The notes beneath the pieces were generated by a model. That model was given only the letters and a program-made list of their open reading frames with translations, made no database searches and was not told the origin of the DNA. A stretch of DNA of 63,425 nt, filler included, from Candidatus Woesearchaeota archaeon (GTDB lineage: Archaea > Nanobdellota > Nanobdellia > Woesearchaeales > CG1-02-33-12), in the NCBI GenBank assembly GCA_018399355.1. It is 4 parts of 4 records of this genome, joined end to end, with 100 filler letters (N's around TTAATTAATTAA, not from the genome) between each part and the next. Parts side by side here need not be neighbours in the genome. Positions count along the whole stretch, not along the records: positions 37,007 to 53,786 come from JAGYOA010000017.1; positions 53,887 to 63,425 come from JAGYOA010000034.1; 2 more parts are not named here. One strand, given 5' to 3'. Below, piece after piece: positions 47,647-57,649 of the stretch; within the stretch, counting starts at the first letter, position 1, and each line of letters begins with the position of its first letter. The position numbers were made by a program, and so were the translations under genes.

Positions 47647-50258
47647 TATTTTAAATTTATTATATTTTTAACATCGATTATGCCGCCGTCTGACTTTGAA
47701 ACATCTATCTTGTCTTCTCCATATTCAAACTGAACTATCTTTTTGTTGGAATCCCTTACAGTATCATCATACTCAACCTTAAGGTCCTGCAGTGCGTTTG
47801 CAAGCCTTCTGTAAAGGTAGCCTGACTTAGGAGTTCTTAATGCAGTGTCCATAAGGCTGTCTCTTCCGGTCATGGATGCAAAGAAAAATTCATGCGGGCT
47901 TAAACCTCTTTTAAATCCTTCTGCAATAAATCCATGCGAGGAAGAGCCCAGATCTCCTTTTTTGAAGCATGAAAGTGTTCTGTCTTCATATCCTTTTTCT
48001 ATTCTTTTTCCTCTCATTGCCTGCTGTCCAACACAGGCAGCCATCTGCGCAAGGTTAAGCAAATTTCCCCTTGCTCCTGACTCTGACATTATAAGCATAT
48101 GGGTTTCTCTCCTGGAATATTCTGAAACAATCTTTCCAGTGTCATTTCTTGCCTTATTCAGCATTTCCAATATTCTTAGCTCAAGCGTTTCCTTTAAGGT
48201 TCTTCCAGGAAGGGCCTGCATTTTTTCATTGTGGTATTCATCAATCATTTCCTTTACATCAATTTTTGCTTTGTCAAGGACAGCTTGTATTTTTTCAATT
48301 GCCTCTTCAGGGAGGTCAACATCAGAAATTCCTATTGTGAATCCGCGCTTAAGCAAAACTTCTGTTCCAAGCTTGAACATAGCAGCAATCATATCAATTG
48401 CTTTCTTTTCTCCATATTTTTTATGTATATTTCTGAGCATCATTCCTTTTCCGCTGCCTATATTTGAGCTGTCTATTATTCCGCTTATAAGCTTTCCATC
48501 TTGAATTGATACATAGCAGTCATATTCGCAATTTTCTTTCTTGCATTTATCGCAGTTTTTGCATGCTTTTGATTTTCCCTGAAAATTAAAATCATCAGGA
48601 ATTATCACACTAAATATTTCTTTTCCAGTTACAAATTCTTTCTTTCTCAGCTTGCTGAATTCTGTTATTCCAGCAGATACTAAAAGATCAATTGCATCTT
48701 TTCTTAGGTATTTTGCCTCTTTTGTAAGAAGGTAATTTCCTGAAACAGCATCCTGAATGCATCCGATTATACTTAATCCATACCTTGGAGAAATCAGCTG
48801 GGTCTGGACCATCATTAATATCTCTGCTTCAGCCCTTGCTTCTTCTGTCTGGGGTATGTGAAGGTTCATCTCATCACCGTCAAAATCTGCATTATAAGGA
48901 TGGCACACAGTTGGGTTCATCCTTAAGGTTTTTCCAGGCAACACCCTTATCTTGTGGCACATCATTGACATTCTATGAAGGGAAGGTTGTCTATTAAACA
49001 AAGCTATATCTCCATCCATAAGATGCCTTTCAATAATATAACCTGGCTGAATTTCTTCTAAAAGCTGTTCTTTTGTTTCATCTGTTATCTTTTTCTTTTT
49101 GCCGTCAGGCCTTGCTACATAATTAGAGCCAGGGTACTTGTTTGGCCCCTTTTCAACAAATTTCTTGAGATATTCCATGTTCCAATCATTCACTCTTTCA
49201 GGTACAGTGAGTTTCATGGCCATTATTTCTGGAATTCCTACTTCATTTAAATCAAGCAAAGGGTCTGGACTTATAACTGTTCTTGCAGAAAAATTGGTTC
49301 TTTTTCCTGCCAGGTTATGTCTAATTCTTCCTTCTTTACTTTTTATCCTCTCTGTTAATGTTTTTAATGGGTCTCCTGAACGGTGCCTTGCAGGAGGAAG
49401 CTGCGCAATATTATTATCAAAAAAAGTTGTTACGTGGTACTGCAATAAATCCCATAGGTCCTCTATTATTATTTCCGGGGCTCCTGCATTTATATTTTCA
49501 AAAAGCCTTTGGTTTATTCTTACAATATCTCCAAGCTTATGGGTTAAGTCATCCTCGCTCCTTTCACCACTTTCTAAAGTAATTGAAGGCCTCATAGTCA
49601 CAGGAGGTATAGGAAGTATGGTCAAAACCATCCACTCAGGCCTAACTGATTTAGGATTTATTCCAAAAACAAAACAGTCTTCATCTGTTATCCTTTCAAG
49701 CCTTGTTCTAACTTCAATAGGAGAGATTCTTTTTTCATTTTCAAGGAAAGTAGTTGGTTTTTCCAGAGTTATTTTTTGCTGCCTTGCTTTGCAGTAAGGG
49801 CATTTATTCACTGTTTTAAGCTTGCTTATTATTTCTTTGATTTTTCTTCTTCTCTCTTCAAGCCCTCCTTCCATCTCTGCATTTTTCAGTTCATCCATAC
49901 ATTTTTCTATCTTTGCCTTTGGAATAAGAATTCTTCCGCAGTCCCTACAGGTACTTCTTAAAAGGTCGTAAACCTCACCAATTAGCTTTATGTGCATTAC
50001 TGGCCTTGCAAGAGAGATATAACCAAAGTGGCCCGGACATTCTTTTAGCTTTGCGCCACATGTCTTACATCTTAAGCCAGGGTCAATGACACCAAGCCTT
50101 GCATCCATTAATCCGCCGTCAACAGGATAGCCTTCCTTATCATAAAGCTCGGGAGTGACTACCTTTGCAGATGACATTTTTTTTACAATCGCAGGGCTAA
50201 GCACATTAAATTCAATTTTGTCTACTTTTTTGAATACAGGTATTTCTTCGTTTTCCAT
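47646..50258 (-). CDS. rpoA1: DNA-directed RNA polymerase subunit A' (Rpo1N)
   Basis: CPGHFG, NRQPSLH, catalytic YNADFDGDEMN and SGYLYRRL motifs. Confidence 0.99.
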   Translation of the reverse strand: MENEEIPVFKKVDKIEFNVLSPAIVKKMSSAKVVTPELYDKEGYPVDGGLMDARLGVIDPGLRCKTCGAKLKECPGHFGYISLARPVMHIKLIGEVYDLLRSTCRDCGRILIPKAKIEKCMDELKNAEMEGGLEERRRKIKEIISKLKTVNKCPYCKARQQKITLEKPTTFLENEKRISPIEVRTRLERITDEDCFVFGINPKSVRPEWMVLTILPIPPVTMRPSITLESGERSEDDLTHKLGDIVRINQRLFENINAGAPEIIIEDLWDLLQYHVTTFFDNNIAQLPPARHRSGDPLKTLTERIKSKEGRIRHNLAGKRTNFSARTVISPDPLLDLNEVGIPEIMAMKLTVPERVNDWNMEYLKKFVEKGPNKYPGSNYVARPDGKKKKITDETKEQLLEEIQPGYIIERHLMDGDIALFNRQPSLHRMSMMCHKIRVLPGKTLRMNPTVCHPYNADFDGDEMNLHIPQTEEARAEAEILMMVQTQLISPRYGLSIIGCIQDAVSGNYLLTKEAKYLRKDAIDLLVSAGITEFSKLRKKEFVTGKEIFSVIIPDDFNFQGKSKACKNCDKCKKENCEYDCYVSIQDGKLISGIIDSSNIGSGKGMMLRNIHKKYGEKKAIDMIAAMFKLGTEVLLKRGFTIGISDVDLPEEAIEKIQAVLDKAKIDVKEMIDEYHNEKMQALPGRTLKETLELRILEMLNKARNDTGKIVSEYSRRETHMLIMSESGARGNLLNLAQMAACVGQQAMRGKRIEKGYEDRTLSCFKKGDLGSSSHGFIAEGFKRGLSPHEFFFASMTGRDSLMDTALRTPKSGYLYRRLANALQDLKVEYDDTVRDSNKKIVQFEYGEDKIDVSKSDGGIIDVKNIINLK

Positions 50259-50260
50259 TT

Positions 50261-52063
50261 TCAGTACTTGTTTTTTAGCATTAGCTTTGGATGAACTGTT
50301 AAGGATTTCAGCTCATCAAGCAATAGCTTAAATGCATAGCTAACTTCTATGAAATTTATTTCAACATTATCGCCGCATACAGGGCAGAAAAGCCTGTTCT
50401 TGAACTTATCATGGACAGCTACCATTCCGCAGCTTTCGCATACAGGCACAATTGTTTTATCAGCATCAAATCTTTCCTTAAGTAGTAAGGATGCTCCATG
50501 GGCAATAAATGTGTCTTTTTCCATCTCTCCCAATCTTAGTCCTCCTTCTTTTGCTCTTCCTTCTGTCGGCTGTCTTGTAAGCAACTGTATTGGGCCGCGA
50601 GCCCTTGAATGTATTTTATTTGCAACCATATGTTTAAGCTTCATATAATAAATATTTCCGACAAATATTTTTACTTGAAACTGCTCTCCTGTAATTCCGT
50701 TGTACATTGTTTCTGTTCCATTTTCTCTAAATCCAAGAGAGGTAAGTTCCTTTCTGATATTTTCCTCTGGCTCAGAGTCAAATATAGTTCCATCAATATA
50801 TCTTGATGAAAGCGCCCCTGCCTTTCCTCCAATTAATTCTATTAAATGAGATATTGTCATTCTTGATGGGATACCATGTGGTGAGAATATCAAGTCAGGA
50901 GTTATTCCTGATGCAGTGAAGGGCATATCTGCCTGGTCAACTATTAATCCAACAATCCCTTTTTGTCCGTGCCTTGAAGTAAACTTGTCACCTATTTCAG
51001 GTATTCTTTGGTCCCTTATCTTTACCTCAACAAGGCGGTTTCCCTCACTGCTTTCAGTTATCATAACAAAATCAATTATTCCCTGTTCTCCATGTTTTAG
51101 TGCCATAGAACTTTCACGTCTGCTGCTTGGAGCAAGGTTATACTGGTCCATTGAGCTTAAAAATCTTGGAGGGCTTGTTTTTCCTATTATTACATCTCCT
51201 TCTGCAACATTTGATTCCGGAGTTATTATTCCATCCTTTTCAAGAAATCTGTAATCATTCTCGCTTTTATATCCTTTAACATCTTTATCAGGAACTGAAA
51301 TTTCATCAGTCAGTCCTCCTGAATATCTTAATTCTTCTGCGATTGCAGGTCTGTAGTATGTTGATCTTGCCATCCCTCTATCAATAGATGCCTTGTTTAT
51401 TACAACAGCATCATCCACATTATAGCCTTTATAGCTCATTACAGCAACAACAAGGTTTTGGCCGGAAGGATGTTTGTTATAGCCTGAAACTTCGTGCATC
51501 ACTGACTGGACTATTGGTATCTGCGGTGTTTGAAGAATATTAACATCCATATCCATTCTTATAGGAAAGTTTACAGCATACATTCCAAGGGCCTGTTTTT
51601 GGTTTTTTGAGCCAATGCTAACTCTTGCCCCTGGACTGAAGTTTGCATATGGCACTAATGATGTGCATAATCCAACCATTACCAAAGGAGTTAGCTCCAT
51701 ATGAGTATGCTCTGGTGTAAGATATTCTTTTGAAAAAGCAACAAAGGTATTTTCTTCTTCTAATGCGTCAAGGTATTCGATTACTCCCTGCTTAACAAGA
51801 TTCGAGAAGGAAATTTCATTTTTCTGTAATTTTTTTATGTGCTCTTCTGTAAGAAGTGGCTTACCATTCTTTACAACTATCAAAGGCCTTCTTAACCTTC
51901 CTTTGTCATCATTTATTATAACATCATTCATCCTTTTATTATAATATATATTGATATTGCTGTTTAAAATACCCTTTCTTCTTTCTTCCTTTACTTTATC
52001 AACAAACTCAAAAGGGTTTTCGATTTTTCCTACAAATTTTCCGTTAAGATATACTTCGCTCAT
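50261..52063 (-). CDS. rpoB1: DNA-directed RNA polymerase subunit B' (Rpo2C)
   Basis: GDKFTSRHGQKG, PSRMT and GGLRLGEME motifs; C-terminal zinc ribbon. Confidence 0.98.
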   Translation of the reverse strand: MSEVYLNGKFVGKIENPFEFVDKVKEERRKGILNSNINIYYNKRMNDVIINDDKGRLRRPLIVVKNGKPLLTEEHIKKLQKNEISFSNLVKQGVIEYLDALEEENTFVAFSKEYLTPEHTHMELTPLVMVGLCTSLVPYANFSPGARVSIGSKNQKQALGMYAVNFPIRMDMDVNILQTPQIPIVQSVMHEVSGYNKHPSGQNLVVAVMSYKGYNVDDAVVINKASIDRGMARSTYYRPAIAEELRYSGGLTDEISVPDKDVKGYKSENDYRFLEKDGIITPESNVAEGDVIIGKTSPPRFLSSMDQYNLAPSSRRESSMALKHGEQGIIDFVMITESSEGNRLVEVKIRDQRIPEIGDKFTSRHGQKGIVGLIVDQADMPFTASGITPDLIFSPHGIPSRMTISHLIELIGGKAGALSSRYIDGTIFDSEPEENIRKELTSLGFRENGTETMYNGITGEQFQVKIFVGNIYYMKLKHMVANKIHSRARGPIQLLTRQPTEGRAKEGGLRLGEMEKDTFIAHGASLLLKERFDADKTIVPVCESCGMVAVHDKFKNRLFCPVCGDNVEINFIEVSYAFKLLLDELKSLTVHPKLMLKNKY

Positions 52064-53547
52064 TTTATTGCCTTCAGGCCAAGGCCCTTTAGTGATTTTA
52101 TTGTTTCATCTTCATTAGATTCCTGTGATATACTTGAAACCAATGCAAGGTTTTTCTTTAAGCCGATGTTGGTTCCTTCAGGTGTTTCAACAGGACACAA
52201 CCTTCCAAGGTGAGTGCTGTGAAGCTCTCTTGCCTCAAAATTTTCCTGAGTTGCCGACAAAGGACTAACAACTCTCTGCAAATGTGACATCATATCAAGA
52301 AAATTCAATCGCTGTATTCTCTGGCTGACTCCTTTTCTTCCACCAACCCAATTTCCTGTTGCCATTGATGAATAAATTCTTGATGTGAGAAGCTTTTCCC
52401 TGATTATAACTTTTATTGATGGAAATTTTCCCCTTTTTACAATCCTCTGGAAATTATACATAAGGTCATTTATCAAGATATTAAGATTGACTCTTATGAG
52501 GTCTGCCAAAAGGTCGCCGCTCATCTTCACTTTCTTATTCATGTAATGGTCTTTGTCATCAACACTTCTTTCTCCCCTTATAGTTCTTATGTAATTCTTG
52601 ATTAGCTTGCTTATATTGTATGCTTTTCTTAGCCTGTCTTTTTCTGTAACTCCAATATGTGGTAATAGATACCTGTCTATAACGTCTCTTGTTCTTTCAA
52701 TCCTTATTTCTTTTGACTGTGTTATTCCTGATTTTTTTGCTATGTAATCAATTGCATCTTCCTGTGTTTTTATGTCCATAGCCTCATAAAGGTTTACAAT
52801 CATCTCATCATAGGTTTCATCTTCTGAGATAGCTTTCATTATTTCCTCGTCTTTCATAAGACCAAGGGCTTTAATAACAACCACAACAGGAATCCTTTTT
52901 ATTCTTGTAAAGCTAAGGTAGATTATGCCATCTTTCATTCTTTCAATTGTGTGGGGTATTTTGAATGCGCCTCTTTCTGAAAATATCTTTCCTATATAGG
53001 GGCTGGGTCCTGTTTTTGATTTTTCAACCATAAACCTGTTTGATGCAAGGTCTTCTATGTTAACTATAACTTTTTCGCTTCCATTAATTATGAAATAACC
53101 TCCTGGGTCATCAGGGTCTTCACCTTTTTCAATAAGGCCGTCCCTGTCAAGCTTGCTTAAATGGCAGTAGTTTGAATGAAGCATTATTGGAAGGTTTCCT
53201 ATCTGAGCTTTTACAGACTCTCTTTTTTGGTTGTTTATATGCGCAGAAACTTCTACAAACATAGGGGCAGCATATGTTATCTTTCTAAGCCTGGCTTCAT
53301 TAGGGTATATGTCTCTTTTTGAGCCGTCTGCCTCAGTTATTTCTGGTTTTGTTATCCATATCTTGTCAAACCTTATCTTGTATGACTCTACATTCTGTGG
53401 AATAATTGTTGGCTCAACTTCCTTGTTTTCTTCCAGAATTTTTTGAAGCTCAGATGCAACAAAGTTGTTGAAAGACTCAATATCTGACCTTATTACGCTG
53501 TGCTCCTGAAAATATTTTTGTATTAAAATTTTTGATTGTTCATCCAT
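52060..53547 (-). CDS. rpoB2: DNA-directed RNA polymerase subunit B'' (Rpo2N)
   Basis: PNEARLRKITY, GGYFIINGSE, DDKDHY and CPVETPEGTNIGL motifs. Confidence 0.98.
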   Translation of the reverse strand: MDEQSKILIQKYFQEHSVIRSDIESFNNFVASELQKILEENKEVEPTIIPQNVESYKIRFDKIWITKPEITEADGSKRDIYPNEARLRKITYAAPMFVEVSAHINNQKRESVKAQIGNLPIMLHSNYCHLSKLDRDGLIEKGEDPDDPGGYFIINGSEKVIVNIEDLASNRFMVEKSKTGPSPYIGKIFSERGAFKIPHTIERMKDGIIYLSFTRIKRIPVVVVIKALGLMKDEEIMKAISEDETYDEMIVNLYEAMDIKTQEDAIDYIAKKSGITQSKEIRIERTRDVIDRYLLPHIGVTEKDRLRKAYNISKLIKNYIRTIRGERSVDDKDHYMNKKVKMSGDLLADLIRVNLNILINDLMYNFQRIVKRGKFPSIKVIIREKLLTSRIYSSMATGNWVGGRKGVSQRIQRLNFLDMMSHLQRVVSPLSATQENFEARELHSTHLGRLCPVETPEGTNIGLKKNLALVSSISQESNEDETIKSLKGLGLKAIK

Positions 53548-53779
53548 TTATAACTACCCTATAATATATTGATTTTCCAGCCGTTGGGCTGTTTCTTATG
53601 ATTTTTATTACATCTCCTGGAGATGCATTAAGGCCCTGTATTGCAGCATCGCTTGCAGGTATCTTAGGAAGTTCATTTACAGTAATGTCATATTTATCCA
53701 AAAGCTCCTTTATTTCTGTTTTGTTGAGTTTAGAATGCTCAGGGACAAGTAAATGTTTTTTTATATCCGTGTCTTTCAT
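53540..53779 (-). CDS. rpoH: DNA-directed RNA polymerase subunit H (Rpo5)
   Basis: HLLVPEH, LPKI..SD and GDVIKIIRNSPTAG..YYRVV motifs. Confidence 0.97.
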   Translation of the reverse strand: MKDTDIKKHLLVPEHSKLNKTEIKELLDKYDITVNELPKIPASDAAIQGLNASPGDVIKIIRNSPTAGKSIYYRVVING

Positions 53780-53786
53780 TTATCCT

Positions 53787-53886
53787 NNNNNNNNNNNNNN
53801 NNNNNNNNNNNNNNNNNNNNNNNNNNNNNNTTAATTAATTAANNNNNNNNNNNNNNNNNNNNNNNNNNNNNNNNNNNNNNNNNNNN
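53787..53886. other. artificial contig linker
   Basis: N44-TTAATTAATTAA-N44. Confidence 0.99.
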
Positions 53887-55290
53887 AGTTCCATTTTCCC
53901 AAAATAAATCTTTTATTTCATCATCTGAACTATTCCAGACATTAAAAGTCATATTAATCCAATCACCTGAACTATAAGAAATATTAAAGGCGAAATCATC
54001 CACATCACTTGTTGAATTATAATAAGGTGTTGGATTATTTAATGTTATTGATGGTAAAACATTCGGTGTATAAAATATTCCAGTTCCATCATTATATAAA
54101 TCATTAATTTCAGTAGGAGATAATGTTCTATTCCATACTCCTATTTCATCCATATAACCAATATATCTTTCATAATTTCCATAGCCAATTTTTAAATCTT
54201 GGTCACTCCAATGATTATTACTATTTTTTGGTCCACAATCATCTAATACTCCATTTTTATATAAACAAGCACCAGAACTATTTGAAACATATACAATATG
54301 ATTCCATTCACTTAAAGTTATTGCAGTTCCTAGAATCAACCCATTATATGCAACTATTCTAGGTGTTCCATCAATAAATAATCCTGCACCTGCAACTCCG
54401 GGATTTCTTCTAATAAATAAATCACTTGTTCCTAATGTTGAATTTATCCAAAAATTTAATGTAAATGTTCCAGTATCCCATGCTAAAAAATTAGGCACTC
54501 TACCATTCTGAACATAAGCATTATGTGTTTCATCAAAATATCCCCCCTTTCCATTTTTTCCATAATTATCATTGAAAATTATCTGTCCAACACCTCCTGT
54601 TAAATTTCTTGAACCATTAATTATATTTTCGTTAGTTTCAAAATTCCAATAATCTGTTAATCCAACATTAAAACTTGAAGTCCATTCTGCCCATTCAGTT
54701 GTTTCTAATCCCTGAATATTCAAAGTCCAATCTAAATTATCTTTTTCACTTTTCTTTCCTGTAATCTTCCATTCATAAGTTCCTGCCTTTAACGATTCTC
54801 CGTTATATTCTTTCCAAGTATTTTCTGAAATAGTTTTTGTTCCATTTAAAATTCTTTCACATTCAGTTAATTCTTCTTTATTTGTTGAACAAACTTGGTA
54901 ATAATTATCTACCTCTGTTTCTATTGTTCCATTCTTAATGTAAATCTTTTGTTGATTATAGTCTTTCAATTCTTCTTTATTTCTTTTCAAATCATAAATA
55001 TTAAAATCATTAAATAATTCCAAATTATAATAAAGAGTTGTTGTTCCTCGTGCTTCACAATTTATTAAACAGAAATCTGTATTATAATCCAAAGTTGTTT
55101 CTGAAAGTTTTTTATCTTCTGAAAGTTGCCCTTTATCCCAAACGTTTATCTTTCCGTATTTCTCGTTTGTTTCATAAACTTTATAATTGTCTGTTTCAAA
55201 ATCTCCAATTAATCCAAAAGTATCTGCTGAAATAACTCCGGCAAATAAGATTATACAGATCATTATCATAAATAATTTTTTAGTAACCAT
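53887..55290 (-). CDS. secreted LamG/concanavalin-A-like domain protein, putative receptor-binding adhesin (3' truncated)
   Basis: Signal peptide MVTKKLFMIMICIILFAGVISA; YWNF..., FTLNFWIN, WNHIVYV, LYKNG and GYMDEIGVWNRTLSPTEINDLYN LamG motifs; many N-x-S/T sequons. Confidence 0.85.
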
Positions 55291-55831
55291 AATATGCCTC
55301 CTCTCTTTTTCCCATTCTAACAAACATAATAATTCCTCCTGCCATTCCAACAATTGCAACAATGATTGGCAATTGTGCAAGAATCCAATTTGATCCTGTA
55401 AAATTTGCAAAGGTTGAGGCCAAAGTTGTTGTTGCAGATATTGTTTCATAAGCATTGCTTATTGCCACAGAAACTATAACTGCAATAATCACAATAAAGA
55501 TGTAAGGAATAAAGAATACCGGCTTTGTTGTCACCATGTAAGATCCAATAAAGATTGCAATAATCATTCCAAATATTAAAAAGATTGAGATCCAATATAA
55601 AGCATCAAAAGATCCAACTGCACTTCCCAAAGTATTTTCCAAAACAGTTGAGGCATTATTGTTTCCATCACCGACAAGATTCATGCTTGGAATATTCTCT
55701 CTTAATTCATCTGTTGCCTCGTTGGTTATGTAGATAAAAACTCCTGAAAATAAAACAAGCACAAAAGCAACAATCATGAAAATAAAAAGATCTGTGAAAC
55801 CTCCTCTCTTATCTTTAAAGATCTCTTTCAT
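55280..55831 (-). CDS. 4-TM membrane protein with prepilin-like N-terminus, putative virion structural protein
   Basis: KDKRG/GFTDLFIFMIVAFVLVLF leader; four hydrophobic helices arranged as two hairpins. Confidence 0.6.
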   Translation of the reverse strand: MKEIFKDKRGGFTDLFIFMIVAFVLVLFSGVFIYITNEATDELRENIPSMNLVGDGNNNASTVLENTLGSAVGSFDALYWISIFLIFGMIIAIFIGSYMVTTKPVFFIPYIFIVIIAVIVSVAISNAYETISATTTLASTFANFTGSNWILAQLPIIVAIVGMAGGIIMFVRMGKREEAYYGY

Positions 55832-56046
55832 ATTTTTTTTCTCCTATCAAAATTTATTTTAAATTCTAATTGTTGGATTTCTCCCATCAATCTTTTTTCA
55901 ATTAAATTCCATTCAGGCATCTTGACAATTTCATTTGTGATTCTTGTTGCACCTCTAAACTCTCCTTTTCTTCTCATGATCTGCTCTTGAATTTTCTTGA
56001 TCCTTTTCCGAAACTCATCATCAACTTGCATTGGAGATCTCACCAT
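55828..56046 (-). CDS. small basic protein, possible ribbon-helix-helix DNA-binding protein
   Basis: PMQVDDEFRKRIKKIQ beta-alpha-alpha pattern; overlaps both neighbours in the operon. Confidence 0.5.
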   Translation of the reverse strand: MVRSPMQVDDEFRKRIKKIQEQIMRRKGEFRGATRITNEIVKMPEWNLIEKRLMGEIQQLEFKINFDRRKKI

Positions 56047-56846
56047 TTGAATTGCCTCCTCTTGCTTGATCTTCTTACTGCCTCATCTTCATCCATTCCA
56101 CGATCCATGAATCCTTTAATTGTGTCATTCATTGTGTGGATGTAAAAGATCCATGCAAGAGATAAAATCACCATTGGAAACATTGCAATCGCTGAAACAT
56201 AGAATAAAACCTTGAAAACTCCTGAAAGACCAACATAAGCAATTGCAAAACCTGAATTAAATTGCCAAACACTAAAACAACCAACAACAAATAAAACATG
56301 GCAAACCCAATAAGATGCCAATTTTCCTGCTGGATTTTCAAAAATAAATATTCCAATTAAACTTAAAACAAATAAGACCATCAAAAACCACATAGAATTA
56401 TTAAATATTTCTGCATGTCCTGTGTCTAATTTTTCGCCGTAATTATTCACAATAATTTCAAAAGATTTTAAACCACCTTTAAGTGAATTGTTACAGTAAG
56501 CAATAACACTCAATGTTCCAATCTCTGTGAAATTTCCCTCATCAATTTCAAACACATAATAATCATTTAATCCTGACAAAACATCATTTTCATTAAAGAT
56601 ATATTCTCCTTGATCATTATAAATCGTTAAGTCACAGTCTGCATCTGTAACTTCAAGACCATCATCAACATCTGTTGCATAAACATTGACAGTGATATTT
56701 TTATTTAATGCAATTGCATCAGCAACTTGAACACCCAACTGCAAACCTGTCGCTGTTTCTTGTGGAGGTGCTGAACTCACGAGAGAGATTGTGCTTATTA
56801 AACAAAACATCAAAATTATTGAATAAAGAATTTTCTTATTAAACAT
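56040..56846 (-). CDS. membrane protein: signal peptide, beta-rich extracellular domain and three C-terminal TM helices
   Basis: N-terminal hydrophobic signal, acidic beta-rich domain with two Cys and sequons, three hydrophobic segments. Confidence 0.7.
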   Translation of the reverse strand: MFNKKILYSIILMFCLISTISLVSSAPPQETATGLQLGVQVADAIALNKNITVNVYATDVDDGLEVTDADCDLTIYNDQGEYIFNENDVLSGLNDYYVFEIDEGNFTEIGTLSVIAYCNNSLKGGLKSFEIIVNNYGEKLDTGHAEIFNNSMWFLMVLFVLSLIGIFIFENPAGKLASYWVCHVLFVVGCFSVWQFNSGFAIAYVGLSGVFKVLFYVSAIAMFPMVILSLAWIFYIHTMNDTIKGFMDRGMDEDEAVRRSSKRRQFKW

Positions 56847-57576
56847 ATTTTCCTGCAATGTATCTTAAAGGATTTAACAGGCCTCTTGTTCTTGGTTGCC
56901 CTCCTGATGCATTAACTGTCAGACCTGATCCCATCATTCCCCCTTGTGAATTTTGTGCAACATTGATCATCTTTCTGAAACTTTCTCTCTCTTGGCCATC
57001 TTTGGCTCTTGCATAAGCAGAATGAACAATGTCAGTCATCGCACCAACAAGAGATGCATACTCTTTTCTTTTATCTTCATCATCCATTCCCATCTCATCA
57101 TATTTCAAAAAAATAAGATCATTCAATCTCTTTCCAAAATCTAAAACCTTATATCTGATTTCCTCCTCTGTGTAGTCGGCCAAAATTGTGTTTCTATTAA
57201 CATACATGCTCAACAACTTCATGCACAGTTGAACTCCGTGTTTGTTTAAGGTATTGTTTTCAGGTTTTGGGTTATCTTTCCAAATGATTTGTCCGTTTTC
57301 AAAAGCAACAATATCTCCTCTTAAAACATGTTCTGCCTTTTCTAAAATATCATTTAATTCTAATTGCCATCGTGCAATATCATCTGATGCTTGTGATCCA
57401 AAAGAAGAATGTGAGGCAGTTGATCTTGGATCATTTCCTCTGTTGTTTTGGGTTTTGTTATAAGCACCTTGCAAATCTTCATCTTCTAATTCTTGAACTG
57501 CTTTTTGAATTTCCTCTTGTGAAAATCCTTGATTTTTTAAACTTAAAAGATCTTGATGACTTAATTGAACTGCCAT
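56839..57576 (-). CDS. hypothetical protein (viral)
   Basis: 245-aa ORF heading an operon; GAGGT ribosome-binding site and upstream BRE-TATA (AGAAAAAGTTTATAAA on the minus strand). Confidence 0.7.
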   Translation of the reverse strand: MAVQLSHQDLLSLKNQGFSQEEIQKAVQELEDEDLQGAYNKTQNNRGNDPRSTASHSSFGSQASDDIARWQLELNDILEKAEHVLRGDIVAFENGQIIWKDNPKPENNTLNKHGVQLCMKLLSMYVNRNTILADYTEEEIRYKVLDFGKRLNDLIFLKYDEMGMDDEDKRKEYASLVGAMTDIVHSAYARAKDGQERESFRKMINVAQNSQGGMMGSGLTVNASGGQPRTRGLLNPLRYIAGKYV

Positions 57577-57649
57577 TTAAAACCTCTTTTTATATTCACC
57601 ATATACAAATTATGATCCACTAATTTATAAACTTTTTCTATTGCTATGC

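Noticed and set aside
47845..49797. Long antisense ORFs (two of 219 aa) opposite rpoA', and similar ones opposite ppsA, pyrG, srp54 and lhr
   Set aside because: They are shadow ORFs produced by codon bias of the real genes on the opposite strand
50261..53547. Split RpoB (B''/B') as a novelty
   Set aside because: This split is well known in several archaeal lineages; both halves are intact with an ordinary overlap
53540..53900. Apparent provirus insertion next to rpoH
   Set aside because: The junction is an artificial linker, so adjacency of the viral contig to the RNA polymerase cluster carries no information
55291..55455. N-terminal 55 aa of the track ORF 53839..55455
   Set aside because: It overlaps the 183-aa gene in another frame; the real start is the signal-peptide Met at 55290
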